Assembly (NCBI GenBank): GCA_015233335.1
Contig: JADFXX010000011.1
Location: 165-64,164, forward strand
Source of the DNA: Candidatus Omnitrophota bacterium
GTDB taxonomy: Bacteria; Omnitrophota; Gorgyraeia; Zapsychrales; Fredricksoniimonadaceae
Reading direction: 5' to 3'
Length of the DNA stretch: 64,000 nt
Position 1 is the stretch's first letter; each line of letters opens with the position of its first letter. Position numbers and translations under genes: made by a program. The notes beneath the pieces are model-generated. The model was given only the letters and a program-made list of their open reading frames with translations, was not told the DNA's origin and did no database searches. Positions 57,389 to 64,000 of the stretch are shown piece by piece.

Positions 57389-58438
57389 TTGTTTTCATAT
57401 CACTACCTAATGCAACGTCCCTCTATCCCATTAGAAATCATCCTAGAGATCACCGGCAAATGCCAGCTCTTGTGCACTTACTGTACCCGTCCAAGGGCCG
57501 TTGACGTACCCTTAAAAGATATCAAGAAAACCCTCGATGAAGCCGCAAATTTGGGGATCAAGGTCATTCGCTTGACCGGAGGAGAGCCCCTGTTGCATCC
57601 GGATATTCAAGCGATCCTGACCTATGCAAAAACAAAAAACCTCGCAATTATCGTGAACACAGCCGCCGAAAACGTCAGCCCTGCCATGATGAAGGGAATT
57701 ATTACGAACGTCGATGCGGCTCTCATCTCTCTGCAGGGATACGATAAAAAATCGAACACGTCCTATACCCGCTCAAAGCTCTCATTTCTTGATAAAATCA
57801 AAAATATCTTCCTCTTAAAGGCCTATTTACCGACTTTATGGGTGGCGACTGTCATTACCCCCGTAATGTCAAAATCTTTTGAAAAGTTTCTACCGCTCAT
57901 CAAAAAAATTAACCCCGCGGCCTGGATCCTGCTGCGACCCATCAGTGCCTTACATAAAGACCAGAAAAAAATGGACGTCCCCTTCTACCGGGACCTCACC
58001 CTTCGCATCATGAAGGCCCGTTTGGAGCATATCAATGTCTTTATTGCCAACCCTATCCCCCTGTGCTTGACCGGAGACCTGCGGATAGGCCAGCAAGCCT
58101 GCCTCGGTGCCAAATTCGATAACGGTTATGGACGCATCGTGCGCAGTGCCGATGGATTTTTCAAACCAAGCTATTTTCTTGATACCAACTTAGGGACCAC
58201 CATCAAAACGGCCTGGAAGCACCCGTTTTTACAGGAACTGAACCGCACTGACTATTTACCCCGTTTGTGTCAACGCTGTCCCGTGCTTGATACCTGCCGC
58301 GGCGGATGTCGTTCCATGGCCCTGCGCGCCTACCAAACAGCATTAGGGCCGGACCCTCTTTTTCGTCCGGCGATCGCCCAAAAAGCCCTGTCAAAACCCC
58401 ATCTTATGAGTTCTGTTTCTTTCCCAACAATTCTTTAA
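57389..58438 (+). CDS. radical SAM / SPASM enzyme
   Basis: 349 aa (the TTG start is uncertain; an ATG lies at 57410). CQLLCTYC and TGGEPLL. C-terminal CQRCPVLDTCRGGCR. The plus-strand gene converges on the ACP gene with a 35-nt overlap. Confidence 0.75.
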   Translation: MFSYHYLMQRPSIPLEIILEITGKCQLLCTYCTRPRAVDVPLKDIKKTLDEAANLGIKVIRLTGGEPLLHPDIQAILTYAKTKNLAIIVNTAAENVSPAMMKGIITNVDAALISLQGYDKKSNTSYTRSKLSFLDKIKNIFLLKAYLPTLWVATVITPVMSKSFEKFLPLIKKINPAAWILLRPISALHKDQKKMDVPFYRDLTLRIMKARLEHINVFIANPIPLCLTGDLRIGQQACLGAKFDNGYGRIVRSADGFFKPSYFLDTNLGTTIKTAWKHPFLQELNRTDYLPRLCQRCPVLDTCRGGCRSMALRAYQTALGPDPLFRPAIAQKALSKPHLMSSVSFPTIL

Positions 58439-58658
58439 CCAATGCTATAGACTGGCCAACCGTGCGCATCTGCGTCAACTGATTTTCTTCGACCACTACT
58501 TTGTATTTCTTATTAAAAGCAGAAGCAATTTCAATAATTTTCAATGAATCCGCCCCTAAATCTTTGACAATACTCATCTCTGGCGTAACCTCATCAGGCT
58601 CAAAACCGGTCATTGACGCTATCATACTGATGATTTCCCGATCAATCTCGTACTCCAT
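58404..58658 (-). CDS. acyl carrier protein
   Basis: 84 aa with phosphopantetheine attachment motif LGADSLKIIE. Confidence 0.85.
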   Translation of the reverse strand: MEYEIDREIISMIASMTGFEPDEVTPEMSIVKDLGADSLKIIEIASAFNKKYKVVVEENQLTQMRTVGQSIALVKELLGKKQNS

Positions 58659-58678
58659 AAATACCCCCTGTTTCTGTC

Positions 58679-59896
58679 TTATTCATTTTCGTCGTATTTT
58701 TTTAAAACCAGACATGCGTTATTCCCCCCGAAGGCAAAGCCATTATTCAGGGCCACATGGATCCTTTGTTCCCTGGCTTTATTGGGGACACAATCAATAT
58801 CACATTCCGGGTCCGGCGTTTCAAAATTGATCGTGGGAGGAACTACGTCATTTTCAACAGCCAAACAACAGGCAATCGCTTCAATGGCCGAAGCGGCACC
58901 CATCGTATGCCCCAGCATGGATTTACAGGAATTAACAGGGATCCTTTGATCTTTAAAAATTTTATTAATCGCCCCGCATTCAGCTTTATCATTAAGAACT
59001 GATCCAGTCCCATGAGCGCAAATATAGCTCACCTCTTTTTTCTTGATTCCTGAAACATCCAAAGCATTTTTCATGCACTCAAAAATCCCGTCCATCAAAG
59101 GCTGGGTCATATGAAATGCATCGCAGCTGAATCCACACCCTAAAACCTCCGCATAAATATGGGCGCCTCTTGTTTTTGCGCCTTTAAGTGTCTCCAATAT
59201 CAAAATTCCTGCCCCTTCCCCGGGGATCATCCCTTTCCTGTTTTTATCAAAAGGCTGGCATTTTTCAGGAGCAATGGCATGGACTCGATCAAAACCTGTA
59301 AAAACTATCCTCGAAAACGCGTCCACCCCTCCGGCTACGACGAAATCACTTGCTCCCATTCTTAAAAGATCAAGCCCATAGCTGATCGCATAGTTCCCCG
59401 CAGCGCAGGCAGTTGTAAATACCCGGTTCCTTCCTTTAAATTGGAACTCTAATGCGATGTTAACCGGTATATTGTTAACAAATGACAGGCCCATGTTTTT
59501 TACATCCAGTCTCTCGATGCTTTTTCCCTGAGCCAGCTCATTGTTTAAATGCTCTATGGGTCGACTTTCTCCCATGGTTGTGCCCAGACATACAGAAACC
59601 ACTGACCTAGAAAAATCATGTCCCTCCAAACCTGCATCTTCAATAGCCAATCCAGCGGCGGACACTGCAAACTGAGAAGTCCGGCATAAGGACGGCAAAA
59701 CCCTTAGACCAATAAATTTGTTCGCATCAAAATCCTTAACCTCTCCCCCGTTATGGCTTTGATAATTGGAAGTATCAAAGCTCTCCACCTTTGAAATCCC
59801 TGATTGGCCTTTGAGTAGATTGTCCCAGAATTTCCCCTTACCGGTCCCAATACTGGAAATCACCCCTAAACCTGTAACAACGACACGTTTAATCAT
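58679..59896 (-). CDS. beta-ketoacyl-ACP synthase (FabF/KAS II-like), catalytically complete
   Basis: 405 aa. Cys (TTACAAGNYA), His (CAHGTGS) and His (LGHTMGAAS) are all present. Confidence 0.85.
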   Translation of the reverse strand: MIKRVVVTGLGVISSIGTGKGKFWDNLLKGQSGISKVESFDTSNYQSHNGGEVKDFDANKFIGLRVLPSLCRTSQFAVSAAGLAIEDAGLEGHDFSRSVVSVCLGTTMGESRPIEHLNNELAQGKSIERLDVKNMGLSFVNNIPVNIALEFQFKGRNRVFTTACAAGNYAISYGLDLLRMGASDFVVAGGVDAFSRIVFTGFDRVHAIAPEKCQPFDKNRKGMIPGEGAGILILETLKGAKTRGAHIYAEVLGCGFSCDAFHMTQPLMDGIFECMKNALDVSGIKKKEVSYICAHGTGSVLNDKAECGAINKIFKDQRIPVNSCKSMLGHTMGAASAIEAIACCLAVENDVVPPTINFETPDPECDIDCVPNKAREQRIHVALNNGFAFGGNNACLVLKKYDENE

Positions 59897-61127
59897 ATTG
59901 TTTTAATATAAACACCGTATTAGTCCCACTCGTGTCAAAACAATTCACCATGACATGATGAAGGCTTATGTTCTCTAAGGCTTGAAAAATAAACTTAAGA
60001 TCACAGTCCTTGTCCTTTGAGCAAAAGTTGATGATTGCCGGAATAAAGCCTCTTTCTAGTCCCCCCAAAGCGGCCGCCACATTCATGGGCCCGGATGAAC
60101 CCAATGTTTCTCCGATCATGGATTTTATTGCGCTAACAGCTTTCTTTTTCGAGTACGCGCCAAAGACTTGATTGATCGCCTTTGCTTCAAAAGCATCCGC
60201 GTCTTTTGTTGAATTGGCGCTGGCAAAGATGCAATCAATATCTTTTTCACCCAATCCGCTATTCTTGAGGGCTGATTCCATGGCCCTGACCATCCCTTCC
60301 GTCGGATCGCCGGATTGATGAAAACAGCCGGGTTCAAAATTGGATGCAACAGATGCTATTTCGGCATAAATCTTTGCTTTACGATTAAGCGCCGATTCTA
60401 ATGTCTCCAGTAAAACAACCGCTGCCCCTTCGGCTAAAACCATGCCGTCCCGGTCACGATCAAACGGCCTTGATACCGCAGGTTGTCCAGCCTCTAATCC
60501 GGATAAAGAACCTGATTTATAAAATTCCAGAAACATCCGAAACGACATTGCCTCAACAGCACCTGCCAGCACCTGATCGGCGCGATCAAAGCATAACATA
60601 TGAAAAGCATGATCTATGGCATCTGCACCTGCACAGGCCCCTGATGAAATTGTCGTATTAAACCCTTTAATGCCAAACCGGATTGCCGCCCGGCTGGCCG
60701 GTGAATTAATAACCGCATTTGGAAAACGTGAAGGATTAACGCATGCAGGCCCCTCGATAAGACAAGTCTTATCGAATTCGAAAAGACTGTCGAAATTGGC
60801 AAACGTTGTCCCTGCAGAAATACCCAAACGCTGTCGATTGCTTTTATCAATATCTATTCCGGAATCTTCAAGGGCAAATTTCATGGCGCAGGACAACAAG
60901 GTTGTAGCCCTGTCCAGATCAACCAAGCCGGCCCTGCCAAGAATTTCCTTCGGGCTAAACCCTGTAATTTCACCGCCGACTTTGATCTTAAACTCAGATG
61001 TATCAAAAACAGTGATGTCCTTGATCCCCGATCGGCCCTCTCTGAGCCCCTGCCAATAAATATCCTTACCTATCCCGATCCCGGATAGCACTCCTATACC
61101 CGTGATAACAATTCGCTTACTTTTCAT
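59889..61127 (-). CDS. ketosynthase-like partner subunit lacking both catalytic His (CLF-like)
   Basis: 412 aa with a thiolase fold. The Cys position is retained (SSGACAGADA). AHGTxT is replaced by ASANST, and GHxxGAAG by GETLGSSG. Confidence 0.7.
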   Translation of the reverse strand: MKSKRIVITGIGVLSGIGIGKDIYWQGLREGRSGIKDITVFDTSEFKIKVGGEITGFSPKEILGRAGLVDLDRATTLLSCAMKFALEDSGIDIDKSNRQRLGISAGTTFANFDSLFEFDKTCLIEGPACVNPSRFPNAVINSPASRAAIRFGIKGFNTTISSGACAGADAIDHAFHMLCFDRADQVLAGAVEAMSFRMFLEFYKSGSLSGLEAGQPAVSRPFDRDRDGMVLAEGAAVVLLETLESALNRKAKIYAEIASVASNFEPGCFHQSGDPTEGMVRAMESALKNSGLGEKDIDCIFASANSTKDADAFEAKAINQVFGAYSKKKAVSAIKSMIGETLGSSGPMNVAAALGGLERGFIPAIINFCSKDKDCDLKFIFQALENISLHHVMVNCFDTSGTNTVFILKQYD

Positions 61128-62337
61128 AAAGCCCGCTCAAAGCCTTGTCTAAAACTTCGCCTCCCCTAAACCACTCTTCGGGGATCTGTAAGGAAACTTT
61201 ACGGTGAGTGGCAACATCCCTGACCGCTGCCGCCAAAATGTCTGCGGTCAAATCTCTAATGGACAGGATCTTGGCCCCGATCGTTTCCTTTAACAGGGCA
61301 GCCCTGGCCGGCTGCTCATGAAACGACATCACCCCATACCCCTCAAAAGGGACAACCACTGCTTTCTTCCTGTGTTTTAGCAGCATCACTGAAGTATGAT
61401 ACGAAGCCACTGACACACAAACGTCGCTCTCCTTGATCAATTCCTCATAATGACCAACGGCCCTATGCAACGCTAAATTATCAACCTTCTTTTTAGAAAG
61501 AAGTGCTGAAAATAATTCCCACTCCTGCGGTGTAGTTGACGGCCCTGCGACTACTGTCATATAGTAATCTTTTCCTAAAAGATCGCTGGCACGAATGGCC
61601 TGAGCGATCAGTTTAGAAAAATAGGCTCCTCCGCCACGAACGACCGTAATCCGGCAAGCGCCTTTGGGGACAGGAGGTTTTAAAAGCCCTGTGGCGGCAT
61701 CATCAACAACAACCTCTTGCCGGGGTGAAAGGTATCCTGCGAATACAATCTTTCGTGCGTTTCTTTTAAAGAAATCTGAATATTTTTGTCTCTCCCGTAC
61801 GTGGGGCAAACGGTCAGCAATAAATTTTTTTTCTATGGGTGGCGAGAGAATAATAATCTTTTGATATAGTTTTAATATTTTCTGCCGCCACTCATGATCT
61901 TTTCCTGTTAATAAGGGATAGCCCGCCACTGACCATAATCGGGAGCCTTGTGCGGATGCTTTGATCAAAGGCAATATCAGTTCGTGACGGCACTCTTCGC
62001 GGCCAAGGGGAAAAAATTCTGTTATAAACAGATCCGGCCTTTCCCGGGCAATAATGTTCAGACACGCCTGAGATCGCCCAGAGGCGTCGGTCCCTGCTTG
62101 ACGGGGAAATCGCACAAAACTATGCCGGTTAGTCAATACCCCCGGCAATGCATACACCTTCCCCACTCGATTGATCTGGGCCTTGGGCTGGGGAATTCCT
62201 GCCTGAATAAAAAAAAGGTTCCCTTGCGGAAACCTTCTTTTTAAAACCTCACCAATCGCCATGACATGGGCCGTATGCCCAAAACATTCATAATGAGAAA
62301 AATAAATCCCCGTTTTAAACTGCATTTTACTTCGCAT
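61117..62337 (-). CDS. GT-B glycosyltransferase, paralog of the N-terminal half of 42468..44597
   Basis: From M48 or M52: KTGIYFSHYECFGHTAHVMAIGEVL...TEFFPLGR parallels FYYHHFGGLGHGTRIAAICKAL...FEHFPFGR. The longer track start 62478 overlaps the upstream gene by about 150 nt. Confidence 0.55.
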   Translation of the reverse strand: MRSKMQFKTGIYFSHYECFGHTAHVMAIGEVLKRRFPQGNLFFIQAGIPQPKAQINRVGKVYALPGVLTNRHSFVRFPRQAGTDASGRSQACLNIIARERPDLFITEFFPLGREECRHELILPLIKASAQGSRLWSVAGYPLLTGKDHEWRQKILKLYQKIIILSPPIEKKFIADRLPHVRERQKYSDFFKRNARKIVFAGYLSPRQEVVVDDAATGLLKPPVPKGACRITVVRGGGAYFSKLIAQAIRASDLLGKDYYMTVVAGPSTTPQEWELFSALLSKKKVDNLALHRAVGHYEELIKESDVCVSVASYHTSVMLLKHRKKAVVVPFEGYGVMSFHEQPARAALLKETIGAKILSIRDLTADILAAAVRDVATHRKVSLQIPEEWFRGGEVLDKALSGLYEK

Positions 62338-63157
62338 TGTCCGGCAACACCTCAGGGGATGCAGGCACCGGCTTTGGGGACACAGGCAACGGGGATGCCG
62401 CTTGGGGAGCGCTACATGCTTCACGCATCCCGCCATCAACGATATCTGAACAACTACCAACCCCATTGATAACTCCAAACCAAGTATAATAATCTTTTTC
62501 TTCCTGCTGGCGCGCCCTTACTCCCGCAAGAATACGGCACCCGGATAAAGCAGTGTACCATTTTTCGCTCCATTGAGGCCCATAGGCGCCGACATAATCC
62601 TTAATATGATGCTCACATCCATCCTCATATCCCTTTAAAGCCATAAGGAACGCTGTAGCTCCAACCAATATGTCTTGTGTAACATTCGGGTTCGAAAGAT
62701 GGTCGATAAAATCCTGCCTTGTGGCCGTATTAGGAGACTCTATGAGAGCGCAGAATGAAACCGATATCTCATCTTGCTGTGCTTTAGAATATTTACTGGC
62801 AACTCCTTCGAAACAATTAATCCCTTTTTTAGTTTTATCGGTTCCATTACATGCATCCTCCGCACAAAGCCAAGATTTAATATATTTTGCCCCTTTCAAA
62901 CACTGCCAGCCATTCCTACACATTGACAAATCACCCCCTGCAGCTTCATACATTTTAAGGTCGAGCCGGTCAACGAGAGCTTTCATTGGATCCGCCGGTA
63001 CTTTAGCCGCAGAAACGCTTAGACCGGTGACAGGAGTCATCAACTGCTGCACCTTAATTTCCTTCTTCTGCTGGGGCTCAGCCTTGCTGCTGTCAACACA
63101 GACAAGAAATAACATAATAAAAAGAACATTAAACACAACACAAGATCGAAGGCTCAT
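62327..63157 (-). CDS. hypothetical secreted protein (about 11 Cys, Pro-rich tail)
   Basis: 276 aa with a signal peptide ending SSKA|E. No recognised domain. Apparently the first long gene of the minus-strand operon. Confidence 0.4.
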   Translation of the reverse strand: MSLRSCVVFNVLFIMLFLVCVDSSKAEPQQKKEIKVQQLMTPVTGLSVSAAKVPADPMKALVDRLDLKMYEAAGGDLSMCRNGWQCLKGAKYIKSWLCAEDACNGTDKTKKGINCFEGVASKYSKAQQDEISVSFCALIESPNTATRQDFIDHLSNPNVTQDILVGATAFLMALKGYEDGCEHHIKDYVGAYGPQWSEKWYTALSGCRILAGVRARQQEEKDYYTWFGVINGVGSCSDIVDGGMREACSAPQAASPLPVSPKPVPASPEVLPDNAK

Positions 63158-63181
63158 AGTTTTATACCGATAAGAATAAAG

Positions 63182-63445
63182 TTAATAGGATGAATGTGTC
63201 GTTACATTGGTATGCTGGGCGCAGGCTCCCCCGGTGGCAGCAACCGTATTGCTGTGTGTAGTCGAGTCCCCGGATGAAATATCTGTCAGGGCCCCTGCAA
63301 TACCCAACGCGGCAACCGTTGACAGGCCAACCTTTAAAATGGTCTCCTTGCTGACAAAACCATCCTCGTCTTTCATCAGCTCACCGAGGGACTTAGTCAG
63401 CACACCCTTTCTCTTAACGGCCTTGCTTTTAATTTTCTTTTTCAT
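63182..63445 (-). CDS. 87-aa small protein with Lys-rich N-terminus, hydrophobic core and His/Ser/Thr-rich tail
   Basis: The ORF tail is DSTTHSNTVAATGGACAQHTNVTTHSSY, with three [TQ]-H-[ST]-[NS] units. Confidence 0.35.
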   Translation of the reverse strand: MKKKIKSKAVKRKGVLTKSLGELMKDEDGFVSKETILKVGLSTVAALGIAGALTDISSGDSTTHSNTVAATGGACAQHTNVTTHSSY

Positions 63446-63512
63446 CAGAAACCCCTCCTAGTGTCCAGCGTTGAAAAATTGCCTCGTACTGATCGTTGAT
63501 CTTTAAAGTCTA

Positions 63513-63935
63513 TTATTTCTTATGTCTAGATGCTGTCTTGGGCTTCGCGGCCCCCTGCTTGTCCTCTGCCTCAAGCTCCTTGATCAAATTCTCGATCTCT
63601 TTTTCTTCGGCCTCTTTGACAATGGACGGCGATGCTGAAAAAAGGGCCCGCTGCAGCAAGGTTTTCATGTTATCTGCGTTGGTCTTCAAACTGCTAAAAT
63701 AATGAGCATAATTAAGCAATTCATCACAAAATTCCAGCGCCAGCTTCTCTATGTCTTGATCTTTACTTTTAGGCTTAAGCCACGCCGCGACTAAATCCTT
63801 CTTCTCCTCTTCTAACCTGACATGCGCCCGGTCCATAAAAGCATAACCGGCAGAATGGACCGACTGTAATGGATATACTTTCAAATCAACCGCAACCTTG
63901 ATCCAGTCATTAGCTTTTTCAAATTGGGCTTTCAT
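63513..63935 (-). CDS. hypothetical protein (140 aa, acidic coiled C-terminus)
   Basis: ORF only. The N-terminal pattern VYPLQSVHSAGYAFMDRAHVRL faintly recalls HxsD-type accessory proteins. This is from memory and unverified. Confidence 0.3.
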   Translation of the reverse strand: MKAQFEKANDWIKVAVDLKVYPLQSVHSAGYAFMDRAHVRLEEEKKDLVAAWLKPKSKDQDIEKLALEFCDELLNYAHYFSSLKTNADNMKTLLQRALFSASPSIVKEAEEKEIENLIKELEAEDKQGAAKPKTASRHKK

Positions 63936-64000
63936 ATGAACCTCTAAAATTTCCTCTCAATAGATTTGAATCTTCCCCCTGTTACTTTCTAAATTATACA

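Noticed and set aside
61117-62478. Long form of the GT ORF with a Cys/Arg-rich N-terminus (…CLCPQSRCLHPLRCCR…)
   Set aside because: The extension overlaps the upstream 276-aa gene by about 150 nt. Starts at M48 or M52 (62337 or 62325) abut that gene's stop and begin right at the conserved GT N-terminus.
1-64000. Scan for CRISPR arrays, rRNA genes, IS elements/transposases, integrases, prophage genes and known defence systems
   Set aside because: None was recognised. The only repeats seen are the four promoter copies, the rSAM gene duplication and the 18-nt in-gene tandem.

Overview
This is a bacterial chromosomal window that is almost fully coding, with about 90% of genes on the minus strand. 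TolC/RND, AsmA-like and secretin-like genes point to a diderm organism; the lineage cannot be assigned without a database search. By eye the GC content is in the low to mid 40s percent. (1) 1-9.1 kb is a heavy-metal RND efflux island (CusCBA/Czc type) with an ECF sigma factor. Four near-identical ECF-type promoters (CGTAAC-N16-CGTC, identical geometry) split it into four transcription units. One unit encodes two tiny secreted peptides that are only visible by re-reading the sequence. (2) 9.6-16.3 kb holds a Fic protein, tRNA-His, tRNA-Arg, tRNA-Pro, PtsP (EI-Ntr) and unknown envelope proteins. (3) 16.5-26.5 kb holds UvdE and a conserved lipid-modification cluster: two CFA-synthase-like methyltransferases, DUF1365, an FAD oxidoreductase, DUF1295, an SDR, a chalcone-isomerase-like protein and a lipocalin, next to a PAS-LuxR regulator. 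(4) 26.7-36.9 kb is housekeeping: AsmA-like, rdgB, rph, queF/E/C/D, murI, an amidase, a mini secretin-like protein and an RNA m5C methyltransferase. (5) 36.9-63.9 kb is the unusual part, an operon-like ~26 kb super-cluster. It contains ten radical-SAM domains (most SPASM-type, two class-B-like, one fused to a glycosyltransferase) and two DegT aminotransferases. It also has two GT-B domains, a CE4-like deacetylase and a FemAB/CelD-like transferase. An ACP sits with a KS plus a His-less KS-like pair. There is a Dlt-like acyl relay (MBOAT, DltD-like, SGNH, and an unannotated 52-aa ORF ending FIYVFF) and an embedded A24 prepilin-peptidase-like gene. Converging on the cluster's 3' end is a TadE-like protein with a 31-cysteine C-terminal domain. 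No rRNA, CRISPR array, transposase or integrase was recognised.
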